A DNA stretch of 64,000 nucleotides from positions 192,785 to 256,784 of the forward strand of contig MGTS01000021.1 in NCBI GenBank assembly GCA_001799565.1. Direction: 5' to 3'. The notes under the pieces were generated by a model, which was not told where the DNA came from, did no database searches, and saw nothing but the letters and a program-made list of their open reading frames with translations. The stretch comes from Elusimicrobia bacterium GWA2_51_34 (GTDB lineage Bacteria; Elusimicrobiota; Elusimicrobia; Elusimicrobiales; UBA9959). A program made the translations under genes and the position numbers. Shown here in pieces: positions 36,690 through 45,184 of the stretch (within the stretch, counting starts at the first letter, position 1; every line of letters begins with the position of its first letter).

Positions 36690-36989
36690 TTAACCGATCG
36701 TTCTTATGCCCTTTATCCAGGGCCTCCTGAAATATCTGTTAAGGCTTCTTACCAGCTGCCTGCCACGCAGCAGTAATTCGTTTGACATAGCGGAAGAATC
36801 GGATTTTACAATTATCCAGCCTTTATTAACGCCGGAAAGCGGGCAATGCGGAGCGAGACGCCCAAGTTCTTTTTTCCATACGGCGTCAAGAATAACCAGC
36901 CGGTCAGGATCAATTCCGCCAAGAAATTTCCAGGAGGATTTTATGTCAAAAGTGCTGGTCCAATTATAACTTCTTCTGGTTAAAAACAT
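36690..36989 (-). CDS. dciA: DUF721/DciA-like protein (putative replicative-helicase loader)
   Basis: 99 aa in the classic position between dnaN and gyrB. The pattern W..lvG..la.h..p..v..g.l.v...ssa...eL matches the DUF721 consensus from memory. Confidence 0.6.
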   Translation of the reverse strand: MFLTRRSYNWTSTFDIKSSWKFLGGIDPDRLVILDAVWKKELGRLAPHCPLSGVNKGWIIVKSDSSAMSNELLLRGRQLVRSLNRYFRRPWIKGIRTIG

Positions 36990-37000
36990 ATAAAAATTTA

Positions 37001-37137
37001 AGCGGTTCCGGGTTCACATTTCCGGGTTCAAGGTTATCTTTTCACTATATTTTTTCGAGGCTATGCCAGTGCCGTATCAGAGACTATGCCTATCATATGG
37101 CCAACCGTTGAACCATTAAACCGCTGAACCTTAAACC
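37001..37137. repeat. Intergenic imperfect palindrome, word GGTTCA/TGAACC, with a nested copy of the GCTATGCC... unit
   Basis: Left arm is gcggttccgggttcacatttccgggttcaaggtt and right arm is aaccgttgaaccattaaaccgctgaaccttaaacc. The centre (37055-37100) is gaggctatgccagtgccgtatcagagactatgcctatcatatggcc. Confidence 0.8.
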
Positions 37138-37149
37138 TTTTTTTATTTA

Positions 37150-38265
37150 TTACTGCGTTCTGAGCGGCATAACTATATAAACAAACGCATCGCTGCCCTC
37201 TATCCGCATTAAAGCTGGTGTGGCCGGAGTGGAAAACTCCATTATAATGTTCTTTTCACCTGAAGTTTTAAAAATATCCATTACAAAACGGGGATTAAAA
37301 TTTATTTGAAAATCTTTTCCTGTATAGTCTATATCAAATTCATCCTCAAAATTCATATTCTGCGATTCAGAACTCACGCATAAAACGCCTTTTTTAAAAA
37401 GATATTTAACAGAACCATTACGTTCATTCGCGCAGATAGACGCCCTTTTTGTGACCGCTAAAAGTTTTTCGGCATTTATTTCAACCGTCATTTCTTTGGT
37501 TTTGGGAATAATCTGTTCATAAGCCGGGAAATTCCCCTCAATAAGCCTTGAAATAAAAACTGTTTTTTCTATTTTAAAACCTATCTGGTTTGAGGATAAA
37601 CCTACTGTAATCTCGGCTTTTACGTTTATTCCAGCGCTTTTTATAAATTTAACAAGTTCTCCAAGTATTTTAGAGGGTACTATAACCTTAAAATCTTTTT
37701 TAATTTTAACTTTATCACTTGACGCTATAGCCAGGCGTCTGCCGTCCGTAGCTACCAGAGAAAAAATATTTTTTTCATATTTCCATAAAAGTCCGTTAAG
37801 AAAATGCCTGTCATCCTCTGTGGAAGCTGAAAAAATGGTGCCGTTTACCATTTCGGACAGGAGTCCGGCGGGAATTTTAAAAGAGTTTGTTTCATCCAGA
37901 TCCGGTATAACCGGATAATCATTTTTTGGCGTACCGCTTATTTTAAATTTTGATTTACCGCTGTTTATAGCTATTTTATTTGATTCATCAACTGAAACAT
38001 TAACATCCGCTTCCTCAGCCAGATTCTGGACTATTTCCATGAATTTTTTAATGGGTATAGTTATACTTCCTTCATTTTTAATATCAACATTAATATGGTG
38101 TTTTATAGCCATTTCAAGATCAGTGAACACTACTTTAAGGCCTTGGTCCTCTGTTTCCATTAAAAAATTCTGCAATATTGGGATGGTGCCTGTTTTTGAA
38201 GAAACGCCGGCTTGTATAGTTTGAATTCCCTTTATTAAGGTTTCTCTGGTAGTATTTATTTTCAT
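37150..38265 (-). CDS. dnaN: DNA polymerase III beta sliding clamp
   Basis: 371 aa with three-domain clamp similarity, located downstream of dnaA. It is markedly AT-rich. Confidence 0.93.
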   Translation of the reverse strand: MKINTTRETLIKGIQTIQAGVSSKTGTIPILQNFLMETEDQGLKVVFTDLEMAIKHHINVDIKNEGSITIPIKKFMEIVQNLAEEADVNVSVDESNKIAINSGKSKFKISGTPKNDYPVIPDLDETNSFKIPAGLLSEMVNGTIFSASTEDDRHFLNGLLWKYEKNIFSLVATDGRRLAIASSDKVKIKKDFKVIVPSKILGELVKFIKSAGINVKAEITVGLSSNQIGFKIEKTVFISRLIEGNFPAYEQIIPKTKEMTVEINAEKLLAVTKRASICANERNGSVKYLFKKGVLCVSSESQNMNFEDEFDIDYTGKDFQINFNPRFVMDIFKTSGEKNIIMEFSTPATPALMRIEGSDAFVYIVMPLRTQ

Positions 38266-38379
38266 CTTAGTATCCTTCTATAAGAGTATGACTTTAATAG
38301 TGTTAGCGGTGTTAGTTATATTAAAGGAAACAGTTAACAATTTATTAAATTTTATTAACACCATCAACAAAAAACAGCT

Positions 38380-39747
38380 TTATTTTGTCTTTTCAGAGTT
38401 ACTAACAACTTTTACCCTGGCAATTATTGAATTAACATTCTCATTAAAATAAGCATCAGTGTGTAAAAGTTGTCGTATTTTATCCCGCGCATACATTACG
38501 GTGGTATGGTCCCGGCTGAAAGCCTCCCCTATATCCGGAAGCGACATATCTGTAAGTTCACAGGCCAGATACATAGCTATCTGGCGTGGGAAAGCTATAG
38601 CATCTGTTTTTTTCTTTGAGTTAAAATCCTTTACATCAACGTTAAATTTTTCACCTACCACTTTTTTTATTAGTTCTATATTAACCTTATTTTCGGTCTG
38701 GTCGGAATCTGTTATATGGTCTTTTATTATTTCTTTTACCGCGTCTATTGTGGGCTGAATCTTCATACTTACAAAAAAATTACCTACTGTTATAAGGCAG
38801 CCTTCAAGCTCTCTTATGTTTTTGCGTACATTTTCAGCTATAAAGGTTATTATGTCGTCCGGAACATCGTATTTATAGAAATCCCTTTTCTGGCGCAGTA
38901 TGGCCACCCGGGTTTCAAAGTCGGGGTTTTTGATGTCGGCCAGTCCCCCTGAAAGGAAGCGTGAAACCAGGCGCTGGTTGAACGCTAGTTCGCGCGGAGG
39001 GCGGTCGGAGGTAACAATTATCTGTTTTTTTGAGTCAGCCAAGGTGTTGAAGGTGTTAAAAAATTCTTCTTCGCTTTTTTCCTTATCCACAAGGAACTGG
39101 ATGTCGTCTAAAAGCAGACAATCCAGGTTCCTGTACTTTTTCCTGAAGTTCTCGGTGGACTTTGATCCGATGGCGTCTATATATTCATTTACAAAATTTT
39201 CGCTCGCGGTATAAAGGATCTTGGCTGAAGGATTATTTTTAAAGATTCCGTGGGCTATGGCGTGCAACAGATGCGTTTTACCAAGGCCTGGTGTGCTGTA
39301 GATAAAAAATGGGTTCGTCTGTCCCGGGGTTTTGGCCACGCTTTCAGCGAGCGCGTAAGCGAACCGGTTTGAACCTCCCACTATGAAAGTTTCAAAGGTA
39401 TAATTCGGATTAAAACTGAACTGGCTCATTAAGGCCGGCCGTTTTCCCTGAGCCGGTTCCGGCGCGGGGAGGGGTTTAGGATCGGCCGGAGCGATTGACA
39501 TTGAATAGTTGATAGAAAGGCTTTTCCCCGTTAATTCTGCGGCGATCTGTAAAATTTTTTCTTCGTAGCGCTGTTTAACCGTGTTGTAAATTACTGAATT
39601 AGGCACTTCAAGTTTTAATCTGTCGGTCTCTATGAGTAAAGGTCTTATAGGCCTTATCCAAAGGTCCACGGCCTCAAGACCGACCTCAGCTTCGAGCTTT
39701 TTAATAAGCTCCTGCCAGAATTCCTTGATATCGGTTAAGTTATCCAC
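38380..39747 (-). CDS. dnaA: Chromosomal replication initiator DnaA
   Basis: 455 aa with AAA+ Walker A GLGKTHLL and a domain IV HTH (DHTTVMYA). The GTG start at 39747 lies within a DnaA box. Confidence 0.96.
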   Translation of the reverse strand: MDNLTDIKEFWQELIKKLEAEVGLEAVDLWIRPIRPLLIETDRLKLEVPNSVIYNTVKQRYEEKILQIAAELTGKSLSINYSMSIAPADPKPLPAPEPAQGKRPALMSQFSFNPNYTFETFIVGGSNRFAYALAESVAKTPGQTNPFFIYSTPGLGKTHLLHAIAHGIFKNNPSAKILYTASENFVNEYIDAIGSKSTENFRKKYRNLDCLLLDDIQFLVDKEKSEEEFFNTFNTLADSKKQIIVTSDRPPRELAFNQRLVSRFLSGGLADIKNPDFETRVAILRQKRDFYKYDVPDDIITFIAENVRKNIRELEGCLITVGNFFVSMKIQPTIDAVKEIIKDHITDSDQTENKVNIELIKKVVGEKFNVDVKDFNSKKKTDAIAFPRQIAMYLACELTDMSLPDIGEAFSRDHTTVMYARDKIRQLLHTDAYFNENVNSIIARVKVVSNSEKTK

Positions 39748-39759
39748 AAGTTATCCACA
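39740..39759 (+). promoter_or_regulatory. Two perfect DnaA boxes TTATCCACA (39740-39748 and 39751-39759)
   Basis: The sequence is gTTATCCACAagTTATCCACAac. The first box overlaps the dnaA GTG start codon. Confidence 0.85.
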
Positions 39760-39935
39760 ACTGTTAGTAAGTTTGCCGTATATAGTAAAAAGTGTTGTTT
39801 TTTAAGCCTTTTTTTTGTTGATAACTTTTTTAAAAGTTACTGAACGATTAAGTCCGATAAAAAAGGTTGAATATTTACTAAAACCCTGCCGCCGCCAGTA
39901 ACCTCTAATGATGTTACCCATTTTTTGGTTGCAAG
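39740..39935. other. Putative oriC / dnaA control region
   Basis: It has two perfect DnaA boxes, one 8/9 box (tgttgataa, 39816-39824, opposite orientation) and AT-rich tracts (ttttttaagccttttttttgttgataacttttttaaaag). Confidence 0.6.
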
Positions 39936-41384
39936 TCAATGGTTTTTTACGCCTATTTTTACTTTCTTAAAACGCGCGGGGCTGCTGCCGTGGCACATCA
40001 TCGCGGTTTGTGACGGCTGGCCTTTGCCGCAATTTACAACTCCGTAAAGCCGCCAGTGGTTTTCATCCGCTATGGCGTCGCAGGAATTCCAGAATTCAGG
40101 GGTTATCCCCTGGTAAGTAGGGTTTTTAACTAAAATTGTTTTTTTGCCGTTTTTTACCAGCCAGCCCGACTCACAGCCGAATTGGAAATTCAGGCGCTTC
40201 TGGTCTATACTCCAGGATTTATTATTCTCCATTATAATACCATCTTTGGTTGAAGCGATTATTTCTTCGTAGGGGGTATTACCGGGCATAAGGCTTAAAT
40301 TGCATATTCTTGTTATAGGTATATTGGAAAAACCATCGGCGCGGCAGCTGCCGCGGCTGCGTGCGGCGCCTATGGCGTGCGCGAATTCCCGGTTAGTCAT
40401 GTAGCCGCTTAAAATTCCGTTTCTTACTATGTGCCAGCGCTGGGCCTGTACGGCGTCATCGTCGTACCCCGCGGTGGCGAGCCCGCCCGGTAAAGTAGCG
40501 TCAGCGACAAGATTTACAATGGGCGAAGCGTAACGGAATTTACCCAATTTTTCCGTGGTGGCAAAACTTGAACCCGCGTAAGACTCCTCGTAACCGAGCA
40601 CCCGGTCAAGTTCGGTCGCGTGGCCCACGGATTCGTGGATCTGCAGAGCGAGCTGGTTTTGGCCTATTATAAGGTCTTTTCGGCCCGAGGGGCATTGTGG
40701 CGCCGTTAAAAGCGCCAAAGCCTCTTCCCGCGTCCGTTCGGCGTTACCGGCAAGGTCCAGCGTCTCTATAAGCTCGTAGCCTCCGGAAAGCGCCTGGCCT
40801 CCGTGGGTGGAAGGGTATGAGCGGATCTGTACTTCTCCGCCGGAGATGGCGGTAGCGGAAGCGCCCGCGCCGCTGGAAAGCAGCATCTGCTCTATTCTTG
40901 AGCCCTCCGTGGTCAGGTGCCATTGGTGCTCGCGGATGAAGCTTATATTCCCTGTGGCGGACTTTATTCTCGGGTTTTTCCGCAAAATGGCGTCTGTTTT
41001 AAAAAGCAAATCCAGTTTTTTTTCAATAGGAACGGCAAAAGGGTCTTTTATAAACGGCGTTTGCCAGAAATCCTGCCAGGGCGGTTCAGCGGCCATGCGC
41101 GCCGGTTTTCCCGTTATCATCGCTCCGGCTCTCGCTATTTCAATGGCTTTCAGCGTGCAAAGTTCAATAGAGTGCCTGTTCAGGTTGTTGCTTGAGGCAA
41201 AGCCCCAGGACCCGCGCAGGAGCACGCGCACCCCGAAGCCAAGCGTTACCGTGTCATTTAAACCGGCTATTTCGCCGTTTTTTACGCTCAGGTTCTGACG
41301 CCGGGCCTCTATTATACGTATGTCCGCAAAATCCGCTTTTCTTTTATCGGCTATTTCAATAGCTTTTACCGCTAGTTTGAACAT
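39936..41384 (-). CDS. tldD: TldD-family metalloprotease
   Basis: It has HESVGHATELD metal-binding region and TldD similarity throughout. I chose the ATG at 41384 (AAGGGA RBS) over the TTG at 41402. Confidence 0.88.
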   Translation of the reverse strand: MFKLAVKAIEIADKRKADFADIRIIEARRQNLSVKNGEIAGLNDTVTLGFGVRVLLRGSWGFASSNNLNRHSIELCTLKAIEIARAGAMITGKPARMAAEPPWQDFWQTPFIKDPFAVPIEKKLDLLFKTDAILRKNPRIKSATGNISFIREHQWHLTTEGSRIEQMLLSSGAGASATAISGGEVQIRSYPSTHGGQALSGGYELIETLDLAGNAERTREEALALLTAPQCPSGRKDLIIGQNQLALQIHESVGHATELDRVLGYEESYAGSSFATTEKLGKFRYASPIVNLVADATLPGGLATAGYDDDAVQAQRWHIVRNGILSGYMTNREFAHAIGAARSRGSCRADGFSNIPITRICNLSLMPGNTPYEEIIASTKDGIIMENNKSWSIDQKRLNFQFGCESGWLVKNGKKTILVKNPTYQGITPEFWNSCDAIADENHWRLYGVVNCGKGQPSQTAMMCHGSSPARFKKVKIGVKNH

Positions 41385-41410
41385 GTCGATTTCCCTTTTC
41401 AAATTCGCAA

Positions 41411-41553
41411 CTGTTCAGGTGAATAGGCTGTAGGCAGTTAGACTATTAGGTAAGAATCCGATTTGGCTAACCCCGCACTTTGGCCCTTTTCAGAAAAAGT
41501 GCGGGACTAACAGCCTAATAGCCTACAGCCTTCAGCCTAAACAACCGGTACTG
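41411..41553. repeat. Intergenic imperfect palindrome, word TAGGC/GCCTA, with an H1 hairpin nested at its centre
   Basis: Left arm is ctgttcaggtgaataggctgtaggcagttagactattaggtaag and right arm is ctaacagcctaatagcctacagccttcagcctaaacaaccggtactg. Confidence 0.8.
41471..41506. mobile_element. H1 hairpin element with flanking CTAA duplication
   Basis: ggCTAA[ccccgcactttggcccttttcagaaaaagtgcggga]CTAAcagcc. Confidence 0.6.
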
Positions 41554-41556
41554 TTA

Positions 41557-42885
41557 CTAAAATTCAGTGGCGGAAGAAAAATTAAAAGCTTTCAGTTTGA
41601 AAGCGGGGCAGTTGATCTTGCCCCAAACCTGGCAGAGTACGGCATCACGGCCAACCGCTTCCGTTTCATTGAAGGCTTTTGTCATGCTCTGCGTGAAACG
41701 CATATTTTTAAGAGGCTTTGAAATTTTTCCATTTTCAATAAGAAAGGTGCCGTTCCTGGTCATCCCGGTTATTTCCATGTTAAGCGGTTTAAGCAGATTG
41801 GTGTAGTGGAACTGGGTGACTAAAATGGCCTTTTCCGAATTTTTTATCATTTCCTCAACTGAATTTCCCCCGGGCCGCACGGAAAGGTTAAGCGGGAAAG
41901 GCGTAAAATTGTCCGGCTGCGGCAGGGCATGGCCGGTGGAGGCTGTGCCCGCCGCTGCGGCTGTTTTACGGTCGTGCACCACGGCTTTCAACACCCCTTT
42001 TTCCACCAGAACTACCCTGCGCCTGGGTTGGCCCTCAAAATCGAAAGGCATGCCGGCCGCGGGACCGTACAGCGCGTTATCCTCAATTGAAAGCCCGGCG
42101 CTAAGCAGTTTTTTGCCCAGGTTGCCGCTCGTGAAACTGGAACCTTCGTTGTAAAACCGGCCGCCGAAGCTGTAAGCGCACAGGTAAGATAGAAGGTCGG
42201 CCGCGGCCGCCGGCTCTAATATAACAGGATAAAGGCCCGGTTTTATGTCGCGCGGATTTTTGCTCATGGCAGCTTTCAGGCGGGCGGTTCTGTTTACGGC
42301 TTCAAAATCAATTTTTTCCACGTCCGCCGCCTGCGTCTGGGCCCAGCCGAAACCGGAGCCCGCTTTCACCGTGATATCATAAATTACGTAACTTTCAAGG
42401 TGACTGGCGAACACGCCGCGGGTGTTGGCGACGGTGTATGAGGTGAGGCCGTTTTCAAGCGTTCCATAGGCCGTCTGCCCGGCTTTTTTGCAGATCCGCA
42501 CAAGGTTCTTTATTTTTTGAGCCCTGTAAAGCGGGGACAGTTCCGCGGTTTCCCGTGAGAAAATATTGCTGCCGCGTTCAAGCGGACGCGGCCCGGCCAG
42601 AGGCGGAAGGTTTTTGTCTTTTTTTTGTCTTTTAAGGGTTTCCAGCCCGGTCTTCACGGCGCGTTCAAGAGCTGCCTGATCGAACTGATTAAGCGTTACC
42701 CTGGATGTCCTGCCGTTGTCCACAAAGCGTATGGAAACGGTAGAGGAGCCGTTGTGAACATTTTGGGAAATTTCGTTGTCCGCGAACCGCGTCAGAGCTC
42801 CGGAGGCGCGCTCTATAAGTGTTTCCGTTTGCACGCCTTTTGCCAAAGCAAAGATCCGCTCGCAGATTTTTTCAGGTCTGGTCAT
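41557..42885 (-). CDS. pmbA: PmbA/TldE-family protein (TldD partner)
   Basis: 442 aa from the PmbA_TldD family that lacks the HExxxH-like motif. It is adjacent to tldD. Confidence 0.85.
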   Translation of the reverse strand: MTRPEKICERIFALAKGVQTETLIERASGALTRFADNEISQNVHNGSSTVSIRFVDNGRTSRVTLNQFDQAALERAVKTGLETLKRQKKDKNLPPLAGPRPLERGSNIFSRETAELSPLYRAQKIKNLVRICKKAGQTAYGTLENGLTSYTVANTRGVFASHLESYVIYDITVKAGSGFGWAQTQAADVEKIDFEAVNRTARLKAAMSKNPRDIKPGLYPVILEPAAAADLLSYLCAYSFGGRFYNEGSSFTSGNLGKKLLSAGLSIEDNALYGPAAGMPFDFEGQPRRRVVLVEKGVLKAVVHDRKTAAAAGTASTGHALPQPDNFTPFPLNLSVRPGGNSVEEMIKNSEKAILVTQFHYTNLLKPLNMEITGMTRNGTFLIENGKISKPLKNMRFTQSMTKAFNETEAVGRDAVLCQVWGKINCPAFKLKAFNFSSATEF

Positions 42886-42900
42886 TTGTATTTCCGGTAG

Positions 42901-43677
42901 TTATTGCGGGGCCGGCCCCGCGTGAGGCGGAGGGTTTTCTTTCGGATGCTCGAACTTCGCAGCGGAGTGGACCCTGCGGTTTTTCCTTACGTGATTTTCC
43001 TTGCTGGCGTCAGCGAAAAGCACGTCCGCCGGTGGTGAAGCCGGGAAAACGGCCGTTTCCTGCGTTTTAGAGTCCAGCCACTGGCGCAGTGTTTCTTCGC
43101 TTTTTACCGCGAAGGTTTCAGGCGTTGTAAAAACGGTCAGTTTATTTTTTTTAGCCTTTTCAGCCACTTCAGCCGCGGCATTTGGAGTTTCGTAAGACAC
43201 TCCCTCAAGTATTTTAAGGTTATCATGCGTTATGGCCAGCAGGTAAAAAGATCCGTCCTGATTGAGACCCAGGGAAATTGTTTTTTCTCCGGCGGCGTCA
43301 AAAGCCTGGTAAAGCCAATCAGGCCTGACGGCCGGAGACAAGTGGCTTAAAAACAGGGCTTTTTGCGCGCCGGTATTGAAAGCCAGCGCGAAAGCGCCGG
43401 CAAGTCTTTCGGCCGGTTTTTTCCCCGCTACATCAAGGAACCCCGGATCCTCCGGGTCAAGCCAGGTAAGGTTGGGGTGGGAGGGGACGCTTTCATAGGA
43501 AAGGAGCGATATCGCGTTCTTGAATTTTTTGGATATGGCATAGGAGTTTTTCATCAAATCCGCGGAAATATGCAGCGCTCGTTCTTCGCCAAGGGCTGTC
43601 CGCAGTTCGTAGTTGGCTTTTCCTGATTCGGGCGGATCCACAAGCAGAATGATGCAGTTTTTTCTTTTATCGTCCAT
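42901..43677 (-). CDS. DUF2064-like (glycosyltransferase-fold) protein
   Basis: 258 aa with N-terminal ILLVDPPESGK... and FYLLAIT motifs, reminiscent of the TIGR04282 family. The assignment is weak. Confidence 0.4.
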   Translation of the reverse strand: MDDKRKNCIILLVDPPESGKANYELRTALGEERALHISADLMKNSYAISKKFKNAISLLSYESVPSHPNLTWLDPEDPGFLDVAGKKPAERLAGAFALAFNTGAQKALFLSHLSPAVRPDWLYQAFDAAGEKTISLGLNQDGSFYLLAITHDNLKILEGVSYETPNAAAEVAEKAKKNKLTVFTTPETFAVKSEETLRQWLDSKTQETAVFPASPPADVLFADASKENHVRKNRRVHSAAKFEHPKENPPPHAGPAPQ

Positions 43678-43723
43678 AAAGCTGTTTTGTAAAGCCTCAA
43701 AAGTATATTATACTAAAATAAGT

Positions 43724-43845
43724 TGCGGCTAAGGTTCAAGGTTCAGCGGTTTCAATGGTTCAACGGTTGGGAATCAGGAAACACAAGAATATTCTAAAAA
43801 CAACCTTAAACCGTGAACCTTTGAAACCGCTGAACCGTGAACCCG
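43724..43845. repeat. Intergenic imperfect palindrome, word GGTTCA/TGAACC
   Basis: Left arm is gcggctaaggttcaaggttcagcggtttcaatggttcaacggtt and right arm is aaccttaaaccgtgaacctttgaaaccgctgaaccgtgaaccc. Confidence 0.85.
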
Positions 43846-43856
43846 ACAATTTTTTC

Positions 43857-45029
43857 ATGGAACAGGCCAAAGACGACATTATAATTTACGGTGGCAGTTT
43901 TGACCCTCCGCACAAAGGGCACACTGCGCTGCTTTGCGCGGCCCTGAGGGAAATCAAGCCGCGTCGCATCTACGTGGTTCCTGCGTTCCAATCACCGTTT
44001 AAAGACGCGGCTCCGGTTTCTTTTTTAAACCGTTTCAACATGCTGAAGCTCTCTTTGGGCGCCGTCCGCCCGATACGGACAACAAGGGCAAGCCGTTTTG
44101 AGGGCCAAAAAAAGCGCGTTACTTACACTTTTGAAACCATAAAGCATTTCAGGCGTTTGCACCCTGGGGCAAAAATTTATTTTCTGCTGGGTTCCGACTG
44201 CCTGGCCGGCTTTTGGCGCTGGAAAAACCGCCGGGGGATACTTAAAAACGCCGTTTTACTTGTGGGAGCGCGGCGCGGATTTCCGTTTAAAAATTACTCC
44301 AACTTGCCCGGCAGCGCCGTGCGGCGGGTTCCTTTCAGGCGGCTTAAAGGTTTTTTTCCTGAAATTTCCTCCACGTCTTTGCGCGTCGGATTATTGACAG
44401 GGGTCGATAGCCGGTTTATAGCGGCCCCGGTAAAACGCTATATCAGGCAAAAAAAGCTTTATTTTTCAAAGGAAAGGCGGTTTTTAAAACAGCTGCTTAC
44501 GCCCGCGCGCTACGTTCACAGCCTTTCAGTCGCCCGCCTAGCCGCGGAACTCGCCGCCCTGCACGGCGAAAGCCCGCAGAGAGCGGCATTGGCCGGACTT
44601 TTGCATGACGCCGCCAGAGACTTCGGGGAAGTCCGCCTTATGCGCTACGCCGTTTCAAAAAAACTGAAAATTCCCTGTTTTGCGCGGACAGCCGCGCCGA
44701 TTCTTTTGCATTCTTACGCGTCCGCGGAGGTTGCCCGCGGGCGTTTCGGTGTGAGGGATAAAACTGTTTTACGCGCCATCGCTCTGCATACTTCGGGAGC
44801 CGCCCGCATGGACACGTTGTCTAAAATCATATATGTGGCGGATCTGGCGTCGGAAGACAGGAAGTTTTCGCAGGCAAAAAAAATAGCGCGCCTTGCGCGG
44901 CGGGACCTTGACGAGGCTTTCCTCGCGGCCAATTATGTTAAACTCAAATACGCGGCTAAACGGCAGGCCGTAGTTGGAGGAAAGTCATCAGGTCGCAGGT
45001 TACAGGCAACAGGCAGCGATAGTATGTGA
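43857..45029 (+). CDS. nadD: Fusion of nicotinate-nucleotide adenylyltransferase (NadD) and YqeK-type HD phosphohydrolase
   Basis: The N-terminus has GGSFDPPHKGH and the C-terminus has an HD domain (RYVHSLSVARLAAELA...LLHDAARD). I chose the start at 43857 because the ORF-track start at 43755 lies in the palindrome. The last ~15 codons run into the next palindrome. Confidence 0.85.
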   Translation: MEQAKDDIIIYGGSFDPPHKGHTALLCAALREIKPRRIYVVPAFQSPFKDAAPVSFLNRFNMLKLSLGAVRPIRTTRASRFEGQKKRVTYTFETIKHFRRLHPGAKIYFLLGSDCLAGFWRWKNRRGILKNAVLLVGARRGFPFKNYSNLPGSAVRRVPFRRLKGFFPEISSTSLRVGLLTGVDSRFIAAPVKRYIRQKKLYFSKERRFLKQLLTPARYVHSLSVARLAAELAALHGESPQRAALAGLLHDAARDFGEVRLMRYAVSKKLKIPCFARTAAPILLHSYASAEVARGRFGVRDKTVLRAIALHTSGAARMDTLSKIIYVADLASEDRKFSQAKKIARLARRDLDEAFLAANYVKLKYAAKRQAVVGGKSSGRRLQATGSDSM

Positions 45030-45114
45030 CAGGTGGCAGGTATCAGGTAACAGGAAAATCCTGTAACCTGATACCTGCAACCTGTGACCTGTGACCTGTT
45101 GCCTGATACCTGCC
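44989..45114. repeat. Imperfect palindrome, word CAGGT/ACCTG
   Basis: The inner stem gcaggtatcaggtaacagg-aaaat-cctgtaacctgatacctgc matches 18/19 positions. The outer arms are made of looser caggt/acctg repeats. Confidence 0.9.
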
Positions 45115-45153
45115 CGCCAAACAACCGGCGGGTCCGCCCCAGGCGGATAAACT

Positions 45154-45176
45154 CCCGGCCGCCTAAGGCGGACGGG
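45154..45176. repeat. H2 hairpin element (CCCGGCCGCC-taa-GGCGGACGGG)
   Basis: It has the core CCGCCTAAGGCGG. A related small hairpin TCCGCC-cca-GGCGGA lies at 45133-45147. Confidence 0.7.
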
Positions 45177-45184
45177 TTAACACC

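Noticed and set aside
43755-43856. N-terminal extensions of ORF-track genes at 43755, 48840, 51185, 51602, 53165, 29157, 14578, 5779 and 9492
   Set aside because: The extensions are encoded by intergenic palindromes or promoter elements and lack RBSs. Internal starts with good SD sequences match the conserved protein N-termini.
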